Positions 41,135-52,830 of a stretch of 64,000 nt of DNA are shown here, piece by piece. The notes under the pieces were generated by a model, which had not been told where the DNA came from, searched no databases, and saw only the letters and a program-made list of their open reading frames with translations. A program made the translations under genes and the position numbers. The stretch is from the human T2T-CHM13v2.0 reference genome, Homo sapiens, in assembly GCF_009914755.1 (NCBI RefSeq), contig NC_060934.1. One strand, 5' to 3'. Within the stretch, counting starts at the first letter, position 1. Each line of letters begins with the position of its first letter.

Positions 41135-41294
41135 AAAAATGAAGCCGCAGACCTGCAGACCTTGCCCGTGTCACAGCTCTTAAACATGGCGTGGACCCAA
41201 AGAGTGAGCAGTAGCAAGGTTTATTGTGAAGATCTAAAACAAGGTTCCCACAGCCTGGAAGGGGACCCCAACAGTTGCCTCTGCTGGCTGGGGG

Positions 41295-41515
41295 GTGGCC
41301 AGCTTTTATTCCCTTATTGTCCCCTCCCATGTTTCATTTATGTCCTATCAGAGTGCCCTTTTTTCAATCCTCCCCATGATTGGCTACTTTTAGAATCCTG
41401 CTGATTGGTGCATTTTACAGAGCACTCATTGGTGCGTTTTACAATCCTCTTGTAAGACAGGAAAGTTCCTGATTGGTGCGTTTTACAATCCTCTTGTAAG
41501 ACGGGAAAGTTCCCC
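41295..41515 (-). promoter_or_regulatory. LTR12 U3 promoter/enhancer: four CCAAT (NF-Y) boxes, GATA site, AATAAA-type TATA; 44-bp tandem repeat
   Basis: attgg at about 41379, 41404, 41428 and 41472; cctatca at about 41344; cttttattcc at about 41303; 44-bp period 41428/41472. Confidence 0.6.
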
Positions 41516-41784
41516 AAGTCCCCACTGGACCCAGGAAGTCCAGCTGGCCTCACCTCTCACTGGCAAAAACTGAGAGCAAGGATCTGCAGCCTTTCTTTCC
41601 TGTGTCCTACCCAGAAACATTTCCCACTGGGGAGAGCAGGGCCAGATACTACCCTGGCGTCTGCCTGTTTTTCCTGCCTCCTATCCCCTAGTGAGACTTG
41701 TGAGTCTCCAGCCAGGATAAGAACGGAAAGTAAATTACACAGGGCTTGACACCTAGCAAGTACTTGAGAAATGTCTGTGACAAT

Positions 41785-41970
41785 AGCAACTCATGTGTGG
41801 ATTTGATTTGAGCACAGGCCAGGCTCTGCTCCTGGTGCCCTACATACATTAACTTGGTTCACCTCACTGTGTTCCTGTGAGGCCGGCAGTGTGGTTATCT
41901 CCATTTTACAGATGAGGCAACTGAGGCACAGAGCCATGAGTGGGCTCGAACTCAAATGTTGGCTTCTAGC
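41785..41970 (-). mobile_element. MIR SINE
   Basis: tctccattttacagatgaggcaactgaggcacagag. Confidence 0.8.
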
Positions 41971-42824
41971 ATCTATGCATTGGCCATCGAGTGGCTTGTC
42001 CTCTCAGGCTCTGCAATCCCTTCCTCTCCTGGAACCTGGAGTCAGAGCAGAGGGAGCCCCAGCCTGGAAGACTTGGGAAAAGGCCTTTCAGGGCAGGATG
42101 CCATGAGCTGTGGGAGGGTTTGAAGGTGCAAGGATGTGGCGCATTTTAAACCTGACATATTTCATGTTTGAAATTCTCCCCTGACACTCTCCAGATGCAG
42201 GAAGCCGTTGAAGTACACATGATTCAAAGCCATCTCAGGTGAATAATGTGATAATAAAACAGAAGGGAGTGAGGGTTAAGTGCTATGGGACATTTTACCT
42301 GCAGTGTGAGAGCCAAGCTGCACATCAGCTTCCATCACCAGGAATTTGGGAGGCCCTGCTGAGGTTAGCTGCTGGCCATCTGCACTTGCTAGACAGTTTT
42401 ATCTTTGCGATGTCAAGACACGAAAGACAGGGCAGGCAAAGAAGGCAGACTTCGCATAGAACAGGAGAGCTGTGAAACTGTATGACTCTGACAGTGCCTT
42501 GGAAGAGGGCATAGTTGCTAAACAATACCCCACAAATAATAATTCCCTTTTCAATTCTCAACCAATGAGAATCCCAGATTGCCCTGGTGGTCTGGGCACT
42601 TGATCCCCAGCTACTCAGCCTGACTCACTAAGCATGTCTGAGGGCCAAAGGGCCACTCTTAGCTGCCAGAATTGGGCCAATAAGTGACCAAGCCACTGCT
42701 CAGCAGGCTCGGGGGTCTGCACCTGTATCTTCAGTGTCAGGAGCAAGAAGGACTTGTTTTCATGGGGGTCCTCCATGCGTCGTCAGGCACATGCCATGGG
42801 GCAGGAGCTGCCGAGTTGTTGCTG

Positions 42825-42920
42825 CCCAGACTCAACTGAGGCCACAAACCTCGCTAAACCTCAGTTTCCTCATTTGCCAAGTGAGACAGTGATGACTCCC
42901 CAAAGGGCTGCTCTGGGAGA
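42825..42920 (+). mobile_element. MIR SINE core
   Basis: aacctcgctaaacctcagtttcctcatttg. Confidence 0.65.
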
Positions 42921-43611
42921 ATGGACTGGCAGGAGGTGGGAGGCCAGGTGGTTGGTGCCCTGGAGATGGAGGAAGTAGACAAGGAGGGAACGGAGAGATG
43001 GCAGAGATTCTCTGTCATCAGGGTTTAGGAGTCTTTACTGCTGATGGGGGATGGGCCCAGGCTGAAAAGCAGCTCATCTGAGGTCCACAGAGGCACCAAC
43101 ATCCATGAGCAGGTGCAGAGGTCGGGGACCAGGGGCTTCCCTGGCATCTTGCTGTACCGCATCTTGTGCCCAACCCATTCCAGACTCACAATTTCACCAC
43201 CTGCTACGTCCTCCAAACCCACTCACCTCACTTTGTGTTCACCACCTCCATCTTGCCCAAATCCATCCCGTCTTGGGCCCACATCCCCTTCCCATTCGGC
43301 AGCCATGCTTGCATCTGAGGGGGCTGTCCATTGCTCAACTACGTCTGGGTTTATTCTTGCTTGTGGGATGGAGAAAATCCCTCCCCCTGGCCAGAGTCCA
43401 CATGTGGACAGCCCTGTTCTCCTATCCTGCCTCCTCCCCACCAAGTCCCTCTGTCTCCCAAGCCTCCTCCCCACCATGTCCTCACCCCATGCTCCCACCC
43501 ACCCCAGGGCCTTCCTGCATGCACTGTGTGCCTCAGTTCCTCTCCCCTCTCCTCTTCCCAGGGCTTCCTCTCTCCTTCAGGTACTTGGTCTTCCTGGTGA
43601 GAAAATAGCTC

Positions 43612-44022
43612 TGATATGATTTGGATCTGTGTCCTCCAACCAAATCTCATGTCTAATTGTAATCCCCAATGTTGGAGGTGGGGCCTGGTGGGAGGCGTCT
43701 GGATCACGGAGGTGGATCCTTCACAAATGGTTTAGCACTGTCCCCTTGGTGCTGTTCTCCTAATAGAGTTCTCACCAGATCTGGGTGTTTCAAAGTGTGT
43801 GGCATCTCCCACCTGTTTCTCGCTCCTGCTTCTGCCATGTGAGATACCTGCTTCTTCTCTGCCTTCCGCCATGATTGTAAGTTTCCTGAGGACTCCCCAG
43901 AAGCAGAAGCCACTATGCTTCCCGTATGGCCTGCAGAACCAGGAGCAAATTAAACTTCTTTTCTTTATAAATTACCCAGTCTCAGGTATTTCTGTATAGC
44001 AGTTCCATAATGGACTAATGCA
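43612..44022 (+). mobile_element. MaLR solo LTR, MSTA-type
   Basis: tgatatgatttggatctgtgtcc..caaatctcatg; gccttccgccatgattgtaagtttcctgag; perfect TSD agctc. Confidence 0.95.
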
Positions 44023-45504
44023 AGCTCTAGCATGTGTCGATGTGTGTGCACACCACAGGCCACTCTTTCAGGGCCTTTGCCAAAGCAGCACTTTTTTATT
44101 TTGAGAGAAGGCCTTTCCCTGAACTCATATCTGCCTCCTTTCCCTACTAGAAGAGGCAGGAGCCTCTGTAGCCCAGGAAGGGGCTGAGTCTGGAATATCG
44201 AGTCCATGGTGGCTTACTTAGCACTGAGATTCTGTGGCTCTCTGTCACCCTAGAAGAGCAGCTTTTGTGTATTACACCTATCATGTGAAGTGGCGAGGAC
44301 AGAGAGTCCACGCCTCTCTGTTCTTCATTCTGGTTACATTCTGGATTCACGGCATCCAGAGAAGGCCTGAGGCTCCCTGATTCGTGTCAGGAACAGAAAG
44401 CGGGGCAGAAGGCTGCTTAGTGAGGCCTTCTGGGTCGGGGTTCTGGTGAGCAGTGGACGCCCTCGGGCTACGGCTGGGCTGGGATTGCACACACTCTTGG
44501 AAATGCAGACAGAGCACACACAGCTGTGACACTGGGAGTTACAACCACTGAGTTATGCCCCATCTCCTCCTTGAAGTGGGGTCTGAATCACAATCTAGTG
44601 CTCAGGTCTCAAAACCAAAGTGCCTGGATGGGCCAGACCTACTTTCGGCCCCTTTAGCTCCATTTGTCCAAGCCAGCAGGGAAGACCTACACTCCCACGG
44701 CCTGCTCTGTCAGGAGAGCAGAGGCAGCTCAGGCAGGTCCCTGAAGAGGGTGTTCAAGGATCAAGCTCTGTCTTAAAGCATGAAGGGCTCTCCAGGTGGG
44801 CATAGAGGAGTATGGGGGGCAGAGGTGCAGGTGAAAGTGTGGAAGCCTGGGGACAGGTGTGGCATGTTCAGGACCCAGTAGTTGGTGGTCTTCATGGGAA
44901 GTGTTGGGAGAAAGAGCTCAGACTACAGGGCAGGGCAGAGTGTGAGCTGCTAAGGGACTTCCACCAGATTGCCTGCTGCAGGAAGGATAGGGAGATCTTC
45001 CAGAGGAGAGCCAGAGGGCAGGGGGGCCTGGGGCTGGGGGAGGGAAGGAGGCTGTAGTCACACACCAGCCAAGGGAGGCCAGCCTGAATGAAGGTGGTCT
45101 ATGGGTGGGGGGGGTGCAGAAGGGACAGACAGATGAGATGGAGCACAGCCTCCTGCCTGCCATCTGCTACCCAGGAACCTGAATCCACCACCCGCTCAGG
45201 GTGGAGCTCACACAACAGCAGGGCCTGCATTGGTCACAGATAGCCATGGGTCCCCCCACCTCTTGCTCCATCCATTGGCCTCAGGCTCTGGAGGACGGCA
45301 ACAAGCAGGGGGATCATCCTCATGGTGAAGAGGAAAGGCTGTCAGTGTCCGGGATTGGTTCCTATCCCTTTTGGAAAACTCCAGGGACCCACAGACTGGT
45401 TGGGTCCTGAGTGCTTCAGTAACTCCCCAGGGGCCTTCAGCTGGGTTCTTCTTCCCTCTGTGTTGCCACCATCCAGGCATGGGGGTCTCCCTGACCAGGC
45501 CCCT

Positions 45505-45910
45505 CATTCACTATTATATGTACTTGTCAGGCACACACTGGTACTGGGCACTGGGCCCTCTCTCAGGGACAATGAGATTCAGTCCTTGTCCTAAGGAACC
45601 CACATGGGGCTAGGCTGAAGAATAAACACACACCGAAAAATTTAATGACACACTGTGGTCAGAGGGGGAAAGAACGGAAGCAAGTGCCTTTAGAGAAAAA
45701 GGAGTGAGGACTTACTGAGAGCGAATCAGAGAAGACATCCGCCAGCGGCTGCTTTGAAATTGAATCCTGAGAACCCATGGGAGTTGCTCAGGTAAAGAGT
45801 GAGGAGAGGTATTCCAGGTGCGTGGACAATTGCAGGACAAGTCTCTGAACAGGTAGGGCATGTGTGCCCTGGGGAGGCAGAGAACAGTCAGGGGGCTGCA
45901 GCACGGTACT
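45505..45910 (-). mobile_element. L2 fragment
   Basis: cattcactatt..tgtcaggcacacactggtactgggcactgg; gaatcagagaagacatcc; aggtattccagg. Confidence 0.55.
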
Positions 45911-45944
45911 CAGGGATGGCAGGGGGGAAGCCGGAGAGAAGCCA

Positions 45945-46203
45945 GGCCCTGGCGAGGCCCAGCTGAGGCCCTGGTGAGGTCCTGGTGAAGCTCTGGTGAG
46001 ACCTGGTGAAGACCTGGTGAGGCCCTGATGAGGCCCTGATGAGGCTGTGATGAGCCCTGGTGAGGCTCTAGTGAGACCTGGTACAGCCATGGTGAGGCCT
46101 TAGTGAGGTCCTGATGCAGCCCTGGTGAGGCCCTGGGGAGGCCTAGTGAGGCCCTCATGAGGTTCTAGTGAGGTTTTCATGAAGCCGTGGTGATGCTCTG
46201 GTA
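45945..46203. repeat. 11-bp minisatellite, consensus GGCCCTGGTGA, about 24 degenerate copies
   Basis: Units read directly, e.g. ggccctggtga ggtcctggtga agctctggtga gacctggtga agacctggtga ggccctgatga. Confidence 0.95.
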
Positions 46204-47153
46204 TGTCTGGGTGCCTGTGTCAGGGGTCATATTCAGGGCCTCAGTGTCCCCAGGCCCAGCCCAGGTTCCATCACAGAGCAGACATGTGGGGATGACCATC
46301 CCCTAATAGAAGTGATCTTTTAGTCCCAGGGCTGTGGGCTCTCACATCCCCTCCTCTGGGGCTGGAGTGGTAGTTGGGAGGTCCAGGTCTTGCCTGGGCT
46401 CCTGCTGGCCATGCCCCGCTTGCTGGCTTGGGCCTGCCTGCCTAATGGAGGAGGACCCCTGGCAGGCAACACAGGCCCTTTTTCTTTGTTAATTACTAGC
46501 TGACATTTTAATGTTCACATTTAATTACATTCTTCACCACTTGGTGCAAAAAAACCAAAAACACTTGAAGCCTTGGAGACCTATAAACCAAGTAAGAGAG
46601 CTTTGTAAAGCCCTTTGAAGTCCCTGCTGAAGCCCAAAATGTGTTTTCTCTTTGAATGTGCTGATTGTGTGATGGGGCTTTTGAAATGAGGAAAGGCTAT
46701 GGGACCTGTGTGCACATTCACACTAAGCCCCCGCCACCAGCATACACACATGTGGGTTGGAGACACCCAGAAACCCACTGCCGCCCCACAGGCCCCCGAA
46801 TCTACACAGCTGTTTTTTTTTTTTTTTTCTGGGAAACAGCAGGAGTTAACCAGAAGAGTGACGGTTGTGCATGGACGGCCCTGGTTCACAGTCCAGCTCT
46901 GCCATCCCTAGCATGATACCTGGGTGAGTGACAAAGTTTCCATTTCCTTCCCCACAAGGCAGTGGTGATGTCCCTGAATGAGCAATGCCCACAGAGCCTG
47001 CTGTGTAATACTGTCTTATCCACACTGAGTAAGTGTCTGCTTTAATCAGGTGACTTGCTACATGTTTGCCAAATTGCAAGTTAACTTTATATGCTTTAAA
47101 ATGTTTTCCATGAAATGAATTCACTTTCCAGAGAAGAGTCCTCCCTGGGACAC

Positions 47154-47505
47154 TATCTTATTCCTTTTTATGCTGTAAAACAGAATTCCCAAGACTGGGT
47201 AATATATAATAAACATTTATTGGATCATGGTTCTGGAGGCTGGGAAGTCTAAGATTGATGGCCTGGCATCTTGTGAGGGCCCTCTTGCTCTGTCATAGCA
47301 TGGCAGAAGGGAAAAGAGAGGGTGAGAGAGAACAAAAGATCAAATTCACAGCATCAAGCCTTTTTTATAATCAGCATTAATCCTTTTATGAGGGCACAGC
47401 TCTCATGGCCTAAATACCTTGCAGTAAGCCCCACCTCCCAACACTGATGCATTGGGGATTAAGTGCCCAACACATGCTTTTGGGGGACACATTCAAACCT
47501 TAGCA
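47154..47505 (-). mobile_element. MaLR solo LTR, MSTC/MSTD-type
   Basis: agactgggtaat, ggttctggaggctgggaagtctaaga, ccccacctcccaacac, cattcaaaccttagca; perfect TSD gacac. Confidence 0.92.
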
Positions 47506-47749
47506 GACACTGTGTGCTCATTGCTCCAGCACTACAGAGCAGATTTGGAGCAGTCAGGTGGGGAAGCTCGCTTTGGGTGCCTTCACATAACTGCATTTCT
47601 GACCTGCCCCATGATAGTTTTGCTGTTAAGATGCTTGTACACCTGACAGCAAGGTCCTTTTGAGGTTGGTCTACAGTTCATGCTAGCCAGACTCCTTGGC
47701 TCCCTCTTTATTTTCTGCTCCAGTCTGGGAGCAGAAAGGAGTGGGCCAT

Positions 47750-48262
47750 TGTGGCTGAGTGCATTTTCCAAAGATTGCACCAGCAGCATCTCCTTCCCAC
47801 ATGTTCTTCTGCAATGAGACTTTGCCACTCTCCCCACAGGATGGGGAGGCCAGGCCCCTCCATTGTGAATCTTGGCAGGCTGTAGCCACTCGCTTGTAAC
47901 TAATAGAATGCAGTGGAAGTGAGGCTGCGTGATTCCGGTTGGGTCAGAAGAGACTTTGTTTGTTCCCTTGTGGGATACTTCCTCTTGCAACTCAGCTGCC
48001 ATGCCATGAGTCCACACCCAAGAGAGTGGCAGTCAACAGACATCTGGCTAAGTCCAGACTTGCAGTATTCTCAGCTCAGGCAGAGAGATGACTGAAGTCA
48101 TCTGAAGATTCTAGCCTCCAGCTGAGTCCCAGATGCCAGAGAGCAGAGACAAACCATCCCCTCCATGTCATTCAAATTATTGACCCACAACATCCATGAC
48201 TATAATAAATTGACTTTTGTTTTGCACCACTAAATTTGAGGTGGTTTATAAACGGTGAGACA
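47750..48262 (+). mobile_element. MaLR LTR, MLT1G/H-type
   Basis: tgtggctgagtgcattttccaaagat, aatagaatgcagtggaagtga, ccactaaatttgaggtggttt. Confidence 0.8.
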
Positions 48263-48389
48263 GGCATGGGGATGTCCAGACAATATACTGCTAGAGGTCA
48301 AACTGGGAGGTGGGTGATGAGTAGTGACCAGTGTGACCATGTAATTTATCCTTCAACCTGGGGCAGTTTGAGAGCGAAGTGAAGGTGGA

Positions 48390-48455
48390 AGAGAGACAGA
48401 GAAAGACAGAAAAACAGAGACAGAGAGAGGAACAGAGAGAGAGAGAGAAAAAAAG
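48390..48455. repeat. (GA)-rich simple repeat
   Basis: gagagacagagaaagacagaaaaacagagacagagagagg... Confidence 0.85.
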
Positions 48456-48597
48456 GAGATCCAGATATCTATGTTTCTCTATCTGTATCTCAATGCCAAT
48501 AGGTATATCAAAATAATGGCACAAACTGGAATTATCTTGGATCCCTGGTCACCCTAGGGATGGGCTGATTCATCACTGACTCTTTCCTTTTCTTCCA

Positions 48598-48750
48598 GCA
48601 CTATAGAGGAAAAGCCTGGCCTTGGCTTTGGAAGATCTGGATTTATGTCCCTGTTGAGTCATTTTACTAGCTGAATGACATTGGATACATTACCTAGATA
48701 ATCTTCCCAAACCTCAGTTTTCTAGTCTGTAAAATAGAAGTAATAACTCC
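48598..48750 (+). mobile_element. MIR SINE
   Basis: actagctgaatgacattgga..acctcagttttctagtctgtaaaatag. Confidence 0.75.
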
Positions 48751-48774
48751 TTTTATTTTGTTCAGCCTTTAAGT

Positions 48775-51700
48775 CATAGCAATCAATCTTTTGCCCTTAC
48801 AATGACTGCTTCATGTCAAATCCCAAAGGCTCTGTTCAGTTCTCACCTCTCTGGCCTCTCTGGTATCCAGCCCTGCCAACTGCCCTTTTCTTGAAGTATC
48901 TTCCTTTTAGTTTCTGCAGCATCTCTCTACTGGTTCTCTTCCTGCTTTTCTGGCTGCTATTTCCCAGTTTCCTCTATGGCTTTTCTTATTCTGCCCACAG
49001 TTTAATGGTTGGGCCTCCTGAGGACTCTGCCTAGGCCCAATTTGAACAACAGAGAGAAAATAGACTAAGCAAAAATAGCAAAGCCTGAAGCACCTGTGGG
49101 ACTATAACAAAAGATCTAACATTTGTGTTGTTGGAGTTGTAGAAGAAGAGGAGGAAAAGAATAGCGCTGGAAAAGTACTCAAAGATAGAATGTCCCAAAA
49201 CTTCTCAAATTTGGTAAAAGACACAAATCTACAGATTTTTAAAGCTAAGTGACCTCAGCAGGATGAGCCATAGAAATCCATATCAAAGCACATCATAGTC
49301 AGCCTTTTGAAAACCAAAGACAAAGAAAATTGAAAGCAGTCAAGGAGAGATAACACCTGAGATACAGGGGAAAAACAATTGGAATGACCATGGATTTCTC
49401 ATCAGAAACCATTGAGACCAGAAGGAAGTGACATTACATTTTTCAAGTGTTGAAGGAAAAAAATTTTCAACCTGGAATTCCACATATAAGTGATAATATA
49501 CTTCAGAAGTGAAAATATCCTTCAGAAATGAAGGAGAAATAAAGATATTCTCAGACAAAAACAAATAGAGAATTTATTGACAGCAGATATATCCTAAAAG
49601 ACTAGTTGAAGAAAGTTCTCTGAACAGAAATAAAATAATAAAAGAAAGGATCTTGGAACATAAGAAAGGAAGAAGGAACATGATAAGCAAAAATGTTAGC
49701 AAATACAATTGACTTTCCTTTTCCTCTTGAGTTTTCTAAATTATTTTGGCCGATTAAAGCAAAAATTATATCACTGTCTGATGTGGCTCTGAATGTATGC
49801 AGAGAAAATATATAAGACATCTATATTAAGAAAAGAGAGATAAATTAAAAGAAGGTATTTTTTCTATACTTTATGCAAACTGGTAGGATGACATTAAGTA
49901 CATTGTGATAAGTTATGTGTGTATATGTATACATATCTATATACATCTAGTAATACTTAGAGCAACCACTAAGAAAAGCTACACAAAATGATACACAAAA
50001 AACTAAATATAATCAAAATATAACTCTAAAACTGCTTAAGTAGCCCATAGGTAGGCAGGAACAAAATAAAACTAAGAAATGCAAAACAGAAAACAAAAAA
50101 ATTAAAAAGGCAGATGTAAAGCCTAAAATATCAACCACTTCATGAAATACAAATGGGTCTAAATATATCAATTAAAAGACAGATACTGGCATAGTGGATT
50201 ACAAAGCACTACTCAACTATATGCTATTTACAGAAAACTTGCCTTCAACATAACACTGTAGATGGGCTGAAAATGAAAGGACGGAAACCATATAGCAGGC
50301 AAACATTAAACAAAGCAGGAGAAGCTATATTAAGATCAGATAGATTTCAAAGCTAAGAAAATTACTAGAGACAGGAGGGATATTATATAGTAAATCAACC
50401 AAGAAGACATAGCAATCCTAAATGTTTAATGTTCAAACAATAGAGCACCATAACACATGAAGCAAAAAATGATAGACCTGAAAGGAAAAATAAACAAATG
50501 TGTGATTGGTACTTTTCAAGTCTGAGAAACCATCACAGCCAAGAGGAGCCTAAAGAGATGTGACAACTAAAGGTCATGAATCCTGAATGCAATACTGAAA
50601 CAGAAAAAGGACACTGGGCAAAAACTAAGGAAATCTGAACAAGGTATAGACTTGAGTTAAAGATAATGCATCAATATTGGTTCATTAGATGGAACAGACA
50701 AATCTGGGTGTGGGATAGATGGGAATGCTCTGTACTATATTTGAAACTTTTCTGCAAATCTAAGAGTTTTTTTTTTTTTAAATGGCAAAACAAAACAAAA
50801 CAAAAAAACCCAATACCCTTCTTTCGGATGTCCAATCCAGAAATAAAGTGGACAGAGTAGTTAACTGGGCTACTTCTTCTCATTCACTTCATTTTTTGAC
50901 TCAATTTCAGATGAAGCCCTGTGGATTCTACCTCTGGATCATCTCATCCAAAATGCCACCCGTCAGTTTCCACTGGTCCTCCTTGGTTCAAGGCGTCCTC
51001 ATCTTCCCCCTCCACTGAAGCAACAACTCCTCACGGATCTTCCTGCTTCCAATCTTGCCTTTCTCTTTTCTCTCTTACCCAAACCCATAGGCATGTCCTC
51101 TTCAGATCATGAATAATATTCCTAAAACACAAACAGGATCAGATTCCCCCCTTGTAAAATTCCTTCAGTGGATGTCTTCTAACTTCAAGGGAAAGGCTAG
51201 GACCCTTGGATCTTCCAAATCCAGACCAGGCTGACTGCTCTAGCCTTCTTCCAACATCCACGACACCCATTTTGCACCCAATGCTCTAGGCACTGGGAGC
51301 TACTCACAGTTCCCCTGACCTGACAAACTGTTCAGACATCCACACATTTCCTAGTGCTGTCTGCACCTGCATAAATTGCCCTCTGCTTTCCTCATGTCCC
51401 CTCTACTGTTAAAACCTGCTCATCTCTTATTACTCAGCTCCACTGTTCTCTTCTCGCTCTACAGAAAAGGTTCCAGGCTCCAGTTATGACTCTCCTCTAT
51501 GTCCCAATCAGAACACATTCGGTTCCCATTAGAGTCTCTAGAACAATCTAATCTTGCATTACCTTTTCCTCTATAGGACCACAGCTTGTTGAAGAAAATG
51601 AACAGTCTCCCTGGTACCATTTGTTTTTGTATCCCCAGCATCTATGGCATTGAGTACATAGAATCCTTGGGATGACCAGCAATTGAGCTGTGGGCAGAAC
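48775..51700 (+). mobile_element. L2 LINE (48775-49040 and 50810-51700) split by an L1
   Basis: tcaaatcccaaagg..ttcagttctcacctctctggcctctc; aaacacaaacaggatcaga..aaaattccttcagtgg; ttgtatccccagcatcta terminus. Confidence 0.7.
49040..50780 (+). mobile_element. L1MC-type LINE: ORF1/ORF2 start joined to an L1MC3-like 3' end
   Basis: cacctgtgggactataacaaaagatctaacatt, gatttctcatcagaaacca (ORF1); tctgagaaaccatcacagccaagaggagcctaaagagatgtgacaactaaa and ctctgtactat..aacttttctgcaaatctaa (3' UTR). Confidence 0.88.
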
Positions 51701-52509
51701 AAGAACAATCAGCAAAGGAGACTGAGAAGCACCAGCCAGAGAAGCAGGAGGAGAACCGGTAGAGAGACAGCTACTGCAGCCACCAAAGGGAGAAATGTAG
51801 GCATCTGGTTGGGTTGGGCTAGATTTTTTAGGTCTGCATGAGGCCTCAGGATGACCCTGTGAGAGCACCCCAAGTCACCCAGGAGAGCCAGCAGAGCATC
51901 TGTGTATGACATATGACCCCCCTACCACCACCCTTGACTGTTCAAACTGGAGAAGGGCTGAAAACACGTGGGCAGCCAAGCACCTTTTATGGGTTTCTGG
52001 AAGGTCATCTCAGCCACAGCATCAAGTACACCACGTGATGCTCACTCACAGTATGAGCCCCCATGAGGAAAGCAATGACCCCAACACTGAGAGCATGGTA
52101 GGGTCCCATCTGCTCCCACATGGCAGACAGGCCCCGAGGAATGAGCATGACTGGGTCTGCCAACCAGATGCAGATGCAGGGTGGTATGGTTGAATCAGGC
52201 AGATGGCTGTAGGATCAATTCTCCATCTCACCATTTTTTTGTTGGGTAATTCTGATTAAGTTAGTGAACTTCCTTAGCTTGCTTTGTACCATGGAGACAA
52301 AACATCCACCTCACACAATTGCTAGAGCATGCAGGCGAGGAAGGACTTGACATTTATTGTAGCTGATAATAAAGACACACTAGTGCTCTCTTCTTGTGCA
52401 TGTTCTTAGTCTTACAGATGTATGCTGATTTTGAATATAAAACCTATATAGTTGATGTTTACTTTTTGGATATCATAATGACCCTAGAGCCCACAGGATA
52501 TATGATATG

Positions 52510-52830
52510 AACATTCATTCCTTCAGCTAATATTTATTGAGCATCTGTGCTAAGTACTGGGAAGGCAATAGTGATTATCCAAAGGTCACATTTTCCTGTG
52601 TGTTGAAGGTGCTTCATTGAGGAAGACAAATGTGTGAGCTTCTAGGCAGGAGAAGTGACATTCACAAAGACACATACTGTGTATAATTGGAGGGTTAGAA
52701 GATGGCAGAGATGAGAGATAGCAGGGAAGTTGCACAAGGGCCGGGGAATGGACCACAGAGAGTGTTGAATGCCACCCTCAAGATAGCAGCCCCTGTGGGC
52801 CATGGGCAGGACAGTGACAACTGACTGCTT
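52510..52830 (-). mobile_element. L2 fragment
   Basis: cattcattccttcagctaatatttattgagcatctgtgctaagtactggg. Confidence 0.7.

Larger units (their letters stand above)
40769..41559 (-). mobile_element. ERV9 solo LTR, LTR12F-like, interrupted by an Alu
   Basis: tgtgtccggagttggttcct..ctcgctgacttcaagaatgaagccgc, gacccaaagagtgagcagtagcaag, ctgattggtgcattttaca repeats, ends cacctctca; TSD cagg/ctgg. Confidence 0.93.

Noticed and set aside
43044-43619. Longest ORF (191 aa) and overlapping ORFs
   Set aside because: Pro/Ser/Leu low-complexity product of C-rich DNA, open in several frames, ends inside an MSTA LTR, and shows no recognisable domain.
45788-46158. Repetitive ORFs (GLTRASPG...) and a superficially CRISPR-like periodicity
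   Set aside because: Produced by an 11-bp tandem repeat with no unique spacers, in primate DNA with no cas genes.
47049-47070. Possible p53/p63 site (gacttgctacatgttt)
   Set aside because: The CWWG cores are 7 bp apart rather than 10, and the flanks mismatch.
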